A stretch of 20,000 nt of DNA from an uncultured virus (IMG/VR IMGVR_UViG_3300034062_003972). Taxonomy: Duplodnaviria > Heunggongvirae > Uroviricota > Caudoviricetes. The position numbers were made by a program, and so were the translations under genes. Below, one piece after another: positions 1 through 8,731 of the stretch. The notes beneath the pieces were generated by a model. It did no database searches, was not told the DNA's origin, and was given only the letters and a program-made list of their open reading frames with translations. The DNA is taken from the IMG/VR virus record IMGVR_UViG_3300034062_003972. One strand, written 5' to 3'. Within the stretch, counting starts at the first letter, position 1. Each line of letters starts with the position of its first letter.

Positions 1-1053
1 GAAGTCTATTTCTTCCGTGACTTTGTAGCGATAGACGAGGACTGGAGGGTTTGCGGTGTCGAGTCGTGGTCGCCCGTTGTCGTTGAGCGGGATTGGCTGC
101 GCCGAAGGGCGCTGGCTTGAGGCATCGCCAGACGCGATGCGAATCATCGCGCGAACTTTTTGGTTCACGGCGATTCCGTCCGGTAGCGCTAGCGGGGTAG
201 CGATCTTGTTGTCATTGGTTAGTTTGAGCGGCTGCCCGAACGAGTCGTCTTCCCCGCCGCCAGGCGGATTGAATGCCTTCACACTAAACCCAGTCTGAGG
301 CTGCAAGACGTCCCACCCGACGTCCTGAAGAAGATAGGCCCCGCCGGCCATCGCGTAGGCAGAGTTTCGTTTGTAGAGAAACTCGTAGGAGCAGTTCCAC
401 CCCCGATAAAGTTGCCCCTGCCAATAGTCGTTCTGCGGCCTTGCCTGAACCCCCCTGAACATGACCGTGCGGCGGCCCATGTTGAGCGAGCCAAGGCTGA
501 CCGGGACGCTGTTTGTGTAACCGGCGTATTGATTCCGCGTCGTCGGATCGACTGGCTGGAACTGCTCAATTGTGATCGTCGTGATCGGCTGGACTGCCGT
601 GACGCCCTCGTAGAGATCGCCGGCCGGGTTGGTGATTGGCAAGGCACCGCCAGAAAGCGATCCGTTCACGCCGCTGACCTTAGTCCACTGATACGCCGGC
701 ACCTCCATCAGCGACGTGTTCGTGTACCAATTCGCCGGCCGAATGCTCGGTGCTTCTGACTGTGGGTCTTGCCCAGGTTCTGCGCTCGGCGCCGTTCGGT
801 AATTGAACGTCGCCAGGATGACCATCCTGCTCTCGCCCTCGTAGACCCCAGAGAACGAGTAGCAGAAGGTTCCTGGGTTGCGCGGATGCGCTTGGCCGAC
901 GGAGACGGAGCACGCAGCCGGGATGTCGACAAACTCCGACGGGCTGTTTAGCAAGATGCGAAACACCCGCGCCGCCGAGATTGCCGTTTGGTTCTGATCC
1001 GACGAAAACTCGTAGGACTGCCCCTGCGACAGTTCGCTAACCATCCTCGGCAT
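1..1053 (-). CDS. Putative tail/baseplate-region virion protein, 3'-truncated by the window edge (>351 aa); absent from the supplied ORF track
   Basis: Manual translation from the ATG at 1053 (MPRMVSELSQGQSYEFSS...PITNPAGDLYEGVT...GWDVLQPQTGF...PIPLNDNGRP...YRYKVTEEIDF) shows no stop down to position 1. It starts 4 nt after the previous stop and is two genes downstream of the tape measure gene. Confidence 0.85.
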   Translation of the reverse strand, partial: MPRMVSELSQGQSYEFSSDQNQTAISAARVFRILLNSPSEFVDIPAACSVSVGQAHPRNPGTFCYSFSGVYEGESRMVILATFNYRTAPSAEPGQDPQSEAPSIRPANWYTNTSLMEVPAYQWTKVSGVNGSLSGGALPITNPAGDLYEGVTAVQPITTITIEQFQPVDPTTRNQYAGYTNSVPVSLGSLNMGRRTVMFRGVQARPQNDYWQGQLYRGWNCSYEFLYKRNSAYAMAGGAYLLQDVGWDVLQPQTGFSVKAFNPPGGGEDDSFGQPLKLTNDNKIATPLALPDGIAVNQKVRAMIRIASGDASSQRPSAQPIPLNDNGRPRLDTANPPVLVYRYKVTEEIDF

Positions 1054-1056
1054 GAA

Positions 1057-1425
1057 TCAGCCCTCCGTGATGTCGACGCGAAGGCGGGTTCCGGCCGTGC
1101 CGATGGCCTTGTAATTTACGCCGGTAGACAGCCGAAACACCGCCGGCTCGCCGGGCCGCAGCGTGGTGAGCGAGACGAACGACCCGCCCTCGTCGATGCC
1201 GATCTGGGCGGTCGCGACCGTGGCCGTTGAGAGGTTGCGAAGGAAGGCGAGGCCGACGCTGGATAGGTTCGACGTGGACACGTTCGTCGGGTTCGTCGTG
1301 AGCGAGTAGGTCAGCGACTGCATCCCTTCGAGCGACATATCAGCCGTGACGTTTGTCACCTGGATGCGGTTGTCCAAAAAGCCTTTGTTGACCGTGATGT
1401 TCACGCCGTATGAGATGTCTGACAT
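1057..1425 (-). CDS. Hypothetical beta-rich virion protein (122 aa) directly after the tape measure gene
   Basis: Strong RBS (TAAGGAG) before the ATG, tight operon packing, Thr/Ser/Val-rich alternating beta pattern. Confidence 0.8.
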   Translation of the reverse strand: MSDISYGVNITVNKGFLDNRIQVTNVTADMSLEGMQSLTYSLTTNPTNVSTSNLSSVGLAFLRNLSTATVATAQIGIDEGGSFVSLTTLRPGEPAVFRLSTGVNYKAIGTAGTRLRVDITEG

Positions 1426-1437
1426 TGGGGGTTCTCC

Positions 1438-4400
1438 TTAGTTTGCGACGGGTGCGTTTTTCTTCTCGGCGATGATCGCAAGCAGCCTGTTTGCCTCCTC
1501 TTGGAGGTTGACGAGATCGACGTCGCGATTGGAGTCGTCGCCGCGCAGGAGCCGGTTGAGTTCCCGCTGGCCCTCGACCGTCGAAGCGTCGGTCGCGCCC
1601 AGGGCGGCGCGGGATGGGCCTTGGAGGATGGCGTTGCGGACTTCGTCGGCGAAGCCGGCGGTCATTGGGGCTACCTGGCGGGCGCGGTCGGCAATGAACC
1701 GATCGATCGCGGCGTTTCTGCCATCGCCGTCAACCAGGCCGGTCGTCTCGGCCGCGACTTCGCCGAACCTGGCAATGATGTCGTTGATGCCCTGTCGCGT
1801 CTCCTCGGCGGCCCGCTCCGCGGGAGTCATCGCCAGTTGGCGGCCACGCTCTGGGTCGCCCAGAAGCCTCCTGGCCTCCCTGGCCTCGAAACTGTTCATC
1901 GTTTCGTCGAGGGCGGCGACTTCCGCTTCCAGGGAGCGGATCGAGTTGTTGAGTTCCTGCTCGGTGCGGATGAGGATGGGGTCGGCCGGCGTGGCTTGCA
2001 GTTGCTGCCGAACCGTTTCCCTCTGGAACTGGAGTTCGCGGAGCCTTTGCTGCTGAATGCCAGCCGCCGATCCGACGCGATCGATGGCTTCCTGCGTCCT
2101 GCCGATGACGGCTTCGATTTGGCGCTCGGGGTTGAGCGTGCGTTCGCGACGCAGGCGATCTGATCTTTCCTCGATTTCTCCACGCCTTGCTCTGGTGCGA
2201 TTAATATCTTCGCGCGCTGATCGAATAGCCGCCTCGCGCTCGGCCGGGTTTTCGATTTGAACAGCCGCGTTCAATCGCTCGACGGCGTCCTGAAACTCGC
2301 CGCCGACTTGATCTAACAAGACTGCAAATTCCCTCGCCCCAGGCACTCCCGACTCTATAGCGGCCGCGACCTCTTCTTGCGCGCTCCTGATGGCCGCCGC
2401 AGGCCCACGCGCAGACAACGCAATCTCTCCGGCGGCTTCATCGACTGCGCCGGAGATCGCGGCGTCCAGCCTGGCAGCCAGGCTATTGAGTTCATCGAAA
2501 GATTGCGCGGCCGTCCTGAATCTTAGCCCACCGTCAAAAACACTTGGCCCTTCCGCAAGAATTTCACGCAGCCGTGCGAGCGGCGCTTCCAGTGCTTCTC
2601 TCCTAGCGCGAATGCTACCAATGTCTTGGCCTGCGGGCAGGTCTGGAACATTTCTCCGGAACGGATTTGGCGCGCGGCGGCGAATCGCCGCCTCCACCTC
2701 ACGGTCGTCTGGAGGCGGCAGGAGCAGGGCGCCTCTGCGAAGCCTCTCCCTCCTGCGAGATTCCTCCAACTGCGCCTGAAGTCCTGTCCGCTGGGCTGCG
2801 TCGCTTGAGTCTTCTATCTCTCTGTTGATTCTTGCTTGATTCGCCCGCTCAACTCGAATAAGCGGATCGTTCTCAAGAACTCTCTCTTGATTAATTTCCC
2901 TGCGGGCCTTGGCGGCCCGCTCGATTGACTTCGTAAATTCCCTGGCTTCGGCCGCCTGGTCCGACAGCGTCCCAGACCTGAGCGCGTCGCCCAACTCACG
3001 AAATGACTCTGCGAGCGTTTCAACGAGGCTTTTTTGCCTCGCCAGCGTGTCGTTCAGTGCTTTTGTGCTATCTTGCGCTGTTCGGCCGCTGTTGATCCAC
3101 TTCGTAAGAGCGACTACTGCCTGTCCTGCGAGCACCGCGGCAAGGCCGATGAATAGACCTTGGGTTCCGCCAAGAATGAAAGCCAGTTGCGTCACATTGT
3201 TGCTGATGGCGCGCAGACGCTGGTCAAAACTTCCGGTAACTGAGAAAAAGTCGTCGATCGCAAAGCCGGCTTGCTGCGCGGCCAGGGAGAATTTGTCTAG
3301 CCCTTGCCTGCCAATGTCTCCGGCTCGCTGAATCCTTTTCTCGACGTCGCCAAGGCTGATCCCAGAAGCGGCCGCCGACGCCGCCGCGAGCGAACGAACC
3401 ATTGCGTCAATCTCCGCCCTCGCGCCGGCTATATTTCCGGCGTCGAAAGCCTCGTTGATGCGATTTCTTACTGCGTCAAAAGACGTCGCCAGCACCCCCC
3501 TAGCGTCGCCGGCGACTCGCGAAATGACGCCTTGAAGAACTTGAAGTTGTGATTCATACGACCGAAGTTCCGTTTGATCTAGTCCGAGCGAAATCCCGGA
3601 TGCGCCAGCGCCGCCAAAAGACTGGCTAAAGTCAAACGCTGTCGCCAGTCTCCTTGCGGAAGCCTCTAGTTGCTGCACTTGCTGCCGCGCGGCGTTGATT
3701 CCGTTTGCGAACGCATCTGGCGATCGCGAAATCTCTAAGAGCGTGTCTCTGGCAGCGCTTAGTTGCGGCCGCAACTGTTGCTGCACCGATCGAGGCAGCC
3801 GCGAAAGAGACTGCTCGACCTCATCAACTTGCCCGCGCAGGTCTTGAACCTGAAAGCCGCGGTTCCCAGTCAAGATCGGAGATGCGAGGTCTTGGTTTCT
3901 TTGGTCGCGAGAGTCGCGCGCCGCCGCATCAAGCAACCGTGTTCGCTCCGCGTCAAGGTCGCCTCGCGATCTTTCGCGGTTTATGACGGCTGCGATTTCA
4001 TTGTCTTCGGCCCTGCGGGCCGCGGCTGCCCTTTCTTTCTCTTGCTGAAGCCTAGTCCGCTCGCGATTTATGAGCGCGCCGATTTCATTGTCTTCGGCCC
4101 TGCGCCTCGCGGCCTCCGCTTCCGCAGGCGCGTCAATTGTTGACTGAAGGCTCTGCCTGGCCTGTGCGGACTGCCGAATAAGCGCATCGAGTCGTGCCTG
4201 CGCCTCGGTCGTGTCGAGCCCTAGCGTTGTCCTGCGTTCGACAGAAGCCTGATACCTGGCAATTTCCTGCCGCAGCCGAGCCAACTCTTCGACGCGCTGC
4301 CTGACTGATCCGTCTTCAAGGACGGCTGGCGGCAGCGCCGCCGCTCGCTGGCTCAATTGAGCCGATCGCGTCAGTTCGTCTCTGACGCTCGGCGCGGCGA

Positions 4401-5307
4401 ACTCAAGTTCGCGCCCGGTGAAGCCACTGTTGGCGAGATTCTGGACGGCCGACAGCCTCTCAATAGACGCAGTGACTGCCTCTACAGCACGACGCACGCC
4501 GGCATACCGCTGCGTCGAGATGTCCGCGCCGCGCTCCGCGGCTGTCGTCAGATTCTCGACGCCACGTTGAGCCCGCTGTAGCGCGGGGCCGAACGCCGTC
4601 TGAATTTCCGCTGACAGTGATGCGTACTTGGCGACGGCAGCACCGATCGGGTTGCCGAGTTCGTTCGTGATGCTTACCAGCCGGTCTGACTGAATGATTG
4701 CTCGCTCAAGTTCCCGCGTCTCAACGCGCACCTGCAACCGCTTCAGCCGCTCTGGCGAAATTCTGGAGAACGTATCAATCAGCCTGTCGAGCGCGGACGC
4801 CTCGATGCGCGTTTTGACGTTGATGACCTTTCCATCGACCTCCTGCACGTCAGCCCGCAGACGGCGCAGCCCCTCAACGCCGCCGACGTTGACGGCGAGA
4901 TCGACGTCTTGCTGCGTCAGCGTCCCCAGGACGTTCCGCAACTCCGTGATGTTGCGAAGCCCGCTTTCGCGGACGACGAGGTCTACTTCCGCCTGGCGGC
5001 CGAGGGCGACCAGTTCGCGGACGCGGGCGTTCAGGTCTTCGACAGACCTGATCGCACCCTGAAATCCACGGAACGCCAACTTCTGGGAGGCGGCGTTCTG
5101 GATCGCCCGCTCGTACCGCTGGATCGGCGTCAGGATCGAACTGATCGACTTCGAGACGTCTGCGGAGGCCCGGCGCAGGTCTTGTGTGATCGAGTTGGCG
5201 AACGCCTGCGTCCGCTTCGCCGATTCGTTGAGGCCGCGGACGTAGTTCCCCGTGTTCGCGGAGACTACTGCCGAGATTTTGCCGAGATACCCGCGGCCTG
5301 TCGCCAT
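1438..5307 (-). CDS. Tail tape measure protein (1289 aa)
   Basis: Longest ORF, immediately after the frameshifted chaperone. Ala/Arg/Glu/Gln-rich helical sequence, N-terminus 'LGKISAVVSANT' of TMP type, central hydrophobic Gly/Ala segment (LAFILGGTQGLFIGLAAVLAG). Confidence 0.92.
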   Translation of the reverse strand: MATGRGYLGKISAVVSANTGNYVRGLNESAKRTQAFANSITQDLRRASADVSKSISSILTPIQRYERAIQNAASQKLAFRGFQGAIRSVEDLNARVRELVALGRQAEVDLVVRESGLRNITELRNVLGTLTQQDVDLAVNVGGVEGLRRLRADVQEVDGKVINVKTRIEASALDRLIDTFSRISPERLKRLQVRVETRELERAIIQSDRLVSITNELGNPIGAAVAKYASLSAEIQTAFGPALQRAQRGVENLTTAAERGADISTQRYAGVRRAVEAVTASIERLSAVQNLANSGFTGRELEFAAPSVRDELTRSAQLSQRAAALPPAVLEDGSVRQRVEELARLRQEIARYQASVERRTTLGLDTTEAQARLDALIRQSAQARQSLQSTIDAPAEAEAARRRAEDNEIGALINRERTRLQQEKERAAAARRAEDNEIAAVINRERSRGDLDAERTRLLDAAARDSRDQRNQDLASPILTGNRGFQVQDLRGQVDEVEQSLSRLPRSVQQQLRPQLSAARDTLLEISRSPDAFANGINAARQQVQQLEASARRLATAFDFSQSFGGAGASGISLGLDQTELRSYESQLQVLQGVISRVAGDARGVLATSFDAVRNRINEAFDAGNIAGARAEIDAMVRSLAAASAAASGISLGDVEKRIQRAGDIGRQGLDKFSLAAQQAGFAIDDFFSVTGSFDQRLRAISNNVTQLAFILGGTQGLFIGLAAVLAGQAVVALTKWINSGRTAQDSTKALNDTLARQKSLVETLAESFRELGDALRSGTLSDQAAEAREFTKSIERAAKARREINQERVLENDPLIRVERANQARINREIEDSSDAAQRTGLQAQLEESRRRERLRRGALLLPPPDDREVEAAIRRRAPNPFRRNVPDLPAGQDIGSIRARREALEAPLARLREILAEGPSVFDGGLRFRTAAQSFDELNSLAARLDAAISGAVDEAAGEIALSARGPAAAIRSAQEEVAAAIESGVPGAREFAVLLDQVGGEFQDAVERLNAAVQIENPAEREAAIRSAREDINRTRARRGEIEERSDRLRRERTLNPERQIEAVIGRTQEAIDRVGSAAGIQQQRLRELQFQRETVRQQLQATPADPILIRTEQELNNSIRSLEAEVAALDETMNSFEAREARRLLGDPERGRQLAMTPAERAAEETRQGINDIIARFGEVAAETTGLVDGDGRNAAIDRFIADRARQVAPMTAGFADEVRNAILQGPSRAALGATDASTVEGQRELNRLLRGDDSNRDVDLVNLQEEANRLLAIIAEKKNAPVAN
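3993..4104. repeat. Internal 25-bp direct repeat in the tape measure gene (29-aa period)
   Basis: CGATTTCATTGTCTTCGGCCCTGCG occurs at 3993-4017 and 4080-4104, encoding RRAEDNEI...INRER twice. Confidence 0.9.
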
Positions 5308-5311
5308 CGCC

Positions 5312-5955
5312 TCATCCTTGCGGCGGTTGCTGCAACTTCATCAACTCTGCGAACATCTGCTCCTGCGACTGCCTGGGCTTCTTCGAGGCCGGGATGAAGA
5401 CGGACTCTTCGGGCAGCCGCTTGTAGTTGCCGCTGGCTGCCATGATCGTCCGACACAACCGAGCCGTCTGAACCCACGGGTCAGGCAGCGGGTAGAGTTC
5501 GTGGAATGCGTGCCACTCCGCCAACTCTTCGCTGTCACACTCCCGCAGCAATCGCTTTACCGTCATGCCCAGCGCCAGGGCCAGCCTCATGTAGAAGAGG
5601 CGTTCCGGTCGCTGGGCGAATCGTTTCCCAGTTCTTCGACGGCCTCCGGCGAGAAGGCGTTGTGCGCCCACGCGGCCTCGAAAGCCTTGTTGATCGACGC
5701 GCTGGACTTCTTGCCCAACTGCTCGGCGTCGGCGTCCGCGAAGAGCCGCTCGCCCTTCTCGTCGCAGAGGGCGAGCACCAGGAAGCGGACGCGGAAGCCC
5801 TTCATCTTCTGCTCGGAGTAGGACTCCTCGAAGAAGTCGCGCTCGGTGCCGGAGATGGTGCGGACGTATACCACGTCGCCCCACTCCTTCTTCATGTCCA
5901 ACTCTTTGAGTTTGGTGTCGTCAGCCGCCAGAATCTTCGCCTTCGTCAAAGCCAT
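5312..5955 (-). CDS. Tail assembly chaperone, -1 frameshift fusion product (lambda gpGT-like, ~214 aa)
   Basis: A -1 slip at G GGA AAC moves translation into the frame reading GKRFAQRPERLFYMRLALALGMTVKRLLRECDSEELAEWHAF..., which is gpT-like and ends at 5312, just before the TMP start. Confidence 0.85.
5587..5955 (-). CDS. Tail assembly chaperone (lambda gpG-like, 122 aa)
   Basis: RBS CAGGAG. Motifs 'EWGDVVYVRTISGTERD' and 'LCDEKGERLF'. Lies between the tail tube-like genes and the TMP. Confidence 0.88.
   Translation of the reverse strand: MALTKAKILAADDTKLKELDMKKEWGDVVYVRTISGTERDFFEESYSEQKMKGFRVRFLVLALCDEKGERLFADADAEQLGKKSSASINKAFEAAWAHNAFSPEAVEELGNDSPSDRNASST
5623..5629 (-). promoter_or_regulatory. 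Programmed -1 ribosomal frameshift slippery heptamer GGGAAAC
   Basis: Minus strand reads CTG GGA AAC, an in-phase X XXY YYZ site 12 codons before the chaperone stop. Confidence 0.88.
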
Positions 5956-5973
5956 CGCAGAAGAAACTCCTGA

Positions 5974-6369
5974 TTAGAAAAACTGACCAGAGATCGTGTC
6001 TGTTGCCGCGTAGTCGGTCAGACGAAACCGCATCGTGCCGCGAACTAGATCACCAACCGCTGCCTCCTGCGTCGCTGTCTCGCAGATTGCGCGGTTTGAG
6101 ATCGAGAAGACGTTGCCGGTGAACGACAGTAGGCCGACCTTGCCGATGGCCTGGAGCGGCCCGATGCCGCCGGTCGGCTGGATGAAGTCGACGTCGACCG
6201 TCCCGCCGCCGTTGGCGCCGCTCGGGACAAGAACCAGTTGGTTGGCCGGCGCGTTGTAGGGGGTCATATCGACGATCTCCGCCGTCGGATGATCGACCGA
6301 CACCCTAGTCGCGATGGCTCGGACGCCGCAGAACGTAAGGGTAGCGCCAGATGCGACGAAGCCTGCCAT
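5974..6369 (-). CDS. Tail tube-like protein, second paralogue (131 aa)
   Basis: Aligns by eye with 6397..6732 (MAG...G.T.TF.G; V.+D+I; G.LS..G..S.S..A; VG.LV.G...FR). Confidence 0.7.
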   Translation of the reverse strand: MAGFVASGATLTFCGVRAIATRVSVDHPTAEIVDMTPYNAPANQLVLVPSGANGGGTVDVDFIQPTGGIGPLQAIGKVGLLSFTGNVFSISNRAICETATQEAAVGDLVRGTMRFRLTDYAATDTISGQFF

Positions 6370-6396
6370 GAGTCACGCCTTCTAGAGCGCGACCGC

Positions 6397-6732
6397 TTAC
6401 GCCACGCGGAACGTCGCGCTGCCGGAAACGAGTGCGCCGACCGAGCCGCCAAGCGAAGAACTCGCCATCGTCGCGTTGCCGCTGAACGAGAACGGCCCAG
6501 CGATCGAAAGAGCGCCGGAAACGCCGGCCGTGAGGATGCTGTTCGAGATGTAGTCGATGGTGACTTCGCGTTCGGTGGCGAAGCCGCCGACGAACTCCCG
6601 GCGTCCGTTCGGGGCGATGCCCAGGTGGCTGCCGTCGATGAGGTCTTGCGTGTCATTGACCTGGACGCTGGTGACCGTGAGGGTCGTGCCGGCGAAGGTG
6701 AACGTGAGTCCCTGTGAAGAAACGCCAGCCAT
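6397..6732 (-). CDS. Putative major tail (tube) protein (111 aa)
   Basis: Follows the tail terminator gene, has a strong AAGGAGG RBS, is Gly/Ser/Thr-rich and beta-type, with 'IDGSHLG' and a C-terminal 'SATFRV' pattern seen in tube proteins. Confidence 0.72.
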   Translation of the reverse strand: MAGVSSQGLTFTFAGTTLTVTSVQVNDTQDLIDGSHLGIAPNGRREFVGGFATEREVTIDYISNSILTAGVSGALSIAGPFSFSGNATMASSSLGGSVGALVSGSATFRVA

Positions 6733-6736
6733 GTGA

Positions 6737-6752
6737 CACGCCTCCTTGCGTG
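6737..6752 (-). promoter_or_regulatory. CsrA/RsmA-type hairpin overlapping the tail tube RBS
   Basis: mRNA sense CACGC-AAGGAG-GCGUG: perfect 5-bp stem with an ANGGAN hexaloop, 4 nt before the ATG. Confidence 0.6.
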
Positions 6753-6771
6753 AAGTACCGTCGAGTAGGTT

Positions 6772-7197
6772 TTACTGGGCGGCTTCTTGCCACCGAATCT
6801 GATACAGTTGCCGAACCTCGTAAGCCGGCGGGAGTTGGGCTCCGACGGCCGCCGGGTCGAGGAAGTCGTCCGTTTCGGACACCAGCCTCATATCTTCAAT
6901 TGTAGCCCCTGCCAGCGTCCCGGTGGCTCCATCCAGCGCAAGCCTGACCTCGTCGCCCAACTCCCTGGACGTGTCGTGGTTCAATGCCCAGGAGGCGATC
7001 TGGAGGCTGACAAGAGGCATGAACATCGGGCCGGAAAGGTGGCTCTCGCGGATGATGTTCTGCCGCTTGTAGACAATGAACGGGAACCCGGCCCCTTTGG
7101 GGACGGCGATCGGGAAGACGTTGAAACCCACGAGCCTGGCGACGCCCGGCGTGGAGAGCAACTTCTGGTAGACGTGCTTTTCTGGGGAGAGGAGCAT
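6772..7197 (-). CDS. Tail terminator/completion protein (DUF3168 / gp17-like, 141 aa)
   Basis: Motifs 'VARLVGFNVFP..VP....FPFIVY', 'LQIASWA', 'VRLALDG'; synteny. Confidence 0.85.
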   Translation of the reverse strand: MLLSPEKHVYQKLLSTPGVARLVGFNVFPIAVPKGAGFPFIVYKRQNIIRESHLSGPMFMPLVSLQIASWALNHDTSRELGDEVRLALDGATGTLAGATIEDMRLVSETDDFLDPAAVGAQLPPAYEVRQLYQIRWQEAAQ

Positions 7198-7200
7198 GGT

Positions 7201-7956
7201 TTAGCCGCCGCGAATGGCGATCGACGCCTCCAGGTATGCGCTGAGAATCCCGTACACGTCCCTCGCGTTTGCGGCGATCGTGTCCTGCATCAACTCCAAC
7301 TTTGGCATCCCGGCGATGGTTTCGCCAGGCGCGAGGGTGATCGGGTGTTGCTTCCTGCCGCCGCCGGTTGCCCGCGGGCCGGCAAAGTCTCTGGAGTATT
7401 TGTCCCCAATGACGCCGCGGTCGTCCGCGGAACCCATCAGGAAGTAGTACCCGCGGCCCATCCGCTCGAATTCTGTGTTGTTGAACGAGCCGGCTCTGCT
7501 CATCTTGCCGTTGATGGCCTGGTGGACGTTGACGTAGGCCCGCCGCCCGCGAGAGCCAGGCTTTCGTCGCCCGGTCCCAAATTCCACCAACCATGCGTGA
7601 TTACCACTTTCAACGCCTGGCTGTGACCCGCGGTTGCCAGTCTGCCGAGGGCCGACGACTGCCGTGCCGCCCTCCTTGTAGGCGCGGTAGATCGTCGTCA
7701 CCGACTTGGCGAGGTTGCCGGTGGCCTCGTGCCGCTGCGCCAGGGAGCGGTAGTCGTCCTCGATGGGCTTGGCGGCCTTCTTGCACGCCGCCTCGATGAT
7801 TTTCTGCGACGAGGCTACGCCGGCCAACTCCTCCAGCCGCTGGACGAGGCCGCGGACGCCGGCCGTCTTGATCGTGATGAACTGATTGGCCTTCTCGACG
7901 CCGGTTACGCCGCCTTCGAGAATCTGCGGCGCGCCAATGCCCTGCTCGATTGCCAT
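7201..7956 (-). CDS. HK97 gp10-like neck/tail completion protein (251 aa)
   Basis: Motifs 'GVRGLVQRLEEL', 'TGNLAKSV', 'HAWLVEFGT'; TGATG overlap with the upstream gene. Confidence 0.8.
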   Translation of the reverse strand: MAIEQGIGAPQILEGGVTGVEKANQFITIKTAGVRGLVQRLEELAGVASSQKIIEAACKKAAKPIEDDYRSLAQRHEATGNLAKSVTTIYRAYKEGGTAVVGPRQTGNRGSQPGVESGNHAWLVEFGTGRRKPGSRGRRAYVNVHQAINGKMSRAGSFNNTEFERMGRGYYFLMGSADDRGVIGDKYSRDFAGPRATGGGRKQHPITLAPGETIAGMPKLELMQDTIAANARDVYGILSAYLEASIAIRGG

Positions 7957-8273
7957 CACTGCACCTCGCGAGCCAGGATTTCGGTGTAGTCGCCGCGGTC
8001 GGTCACGCTGGCGATCTCCATCGTGCGATTCTTCCAGATTACCCGGTGGGTGTGCTGCACATCGCTCCGCTCGCGGATGCGGATGCGGTGTGTCGCGATC
8101 ACGTTCGCTTGCTGGGCCTGGAGGATGTCGCGGCTAGAGAGGCCGCTGACGTTCGCCCAGACAGTGCAGAGCGTGTTATCCCAGTTCAGTGTCGTCTCGC
8201 CGGAGAGGCTGCGCACCTCCGCTGGGGTCTTGATCGTTACCCGCTCGGTCATCTTGCCGATGTCGACGCTCAC
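7956..8273 (-). CDS. Head closure / head-tail adaptor (SPP1 gp16-like, 105 aa)
   Basis: Motifs 'IGKMTERVTIK', 'TVWANV', 'THRIRIR'; size and synteny; GTGA overlap. Confidence 0.88.
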   Translation of the reverse strand: MSVDIGKMTERVTIKTPAEVRSLSGETTLNWDNTLCTVWANVSGLSSRDILQAQQANVIATHRIRIRERSDVQHTHRVIWKNRTMEIASVTDRGDYTEILAREVQ

Positions 8274-8728
8274 GACACGCTCCCGCGGCCGATCAAGACG
8301 ATGTCATACGCCCCGCCGGCGGTTCCGGTGACCGTCACGGTCGCCGTCGACATCCCGGCCGCCGTCAAGTCGCACTGCACGGCCACCCCGCCGGCCTTGA
8401 CCGTCTGGCCGCCGGCGGGAAACGGCGCCCCGGCGAATGCCAGAGTCGACGCCCCGCTGTTTTTGACGTAGTAGGCCGACACGCTGGTCAGCGTCACCGT
8501 GGCCGGCGAGCCGTCGCGGGTGTCGGCCAGCGAGGCCAGACTGAGCGTCTCCGACGCCCCGGAGAGCGTCCGCGAGTCGCTCCAGGTGATCTGTGCCTGC
8601 CCGGCCGCGCTGCCGTCGGCCACGAGAGCCGCGTAGGAGGCCGGCGTGACGCGGACGGTCTTCGACAGGTCGCCGCTCGACGACTCGTGGGCTAGGAGGG
8701 AGAGCGAGATTTGGGCGTTCAGGGCCAT
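8270..8728 (-). CDS. Hypothetical beta-rich virion protein (152 aa), paralogue of 8732..9220
   Basis: Tight operon packing; shares AQI, WSD.RT, KN and G..G..Y[DE]I...G motifs with its neighbour. Confidence 0.8.
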   Translation of the reverse strand: MALNAQISLSLLAHESSSGDLSKTVRVTPASYAALVADGSAAGQAQITWSDSRTLSGASETLSLASLADTRDGSPATVTLTSVSAYYVKNSGASTLAFAGAPFPAGGQTVKAGGVAVQCDLTAAGMSTATVTVTGTAGGAYDIVLIGRGSVS

Positions 8729-8731
8729 CGG

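Noticed and set aside
56..951. Short ORFs listed in the first kilobase
   Set aside because: All overlap the continuous minus-strand ORF 1..1053, which fits the operon
5630..5884. Independent 190-aa gene 5312..5884
   Set aside because: Its 5' half overlaps the chaperone out of frame; only the part after the slippery site looks protein-like
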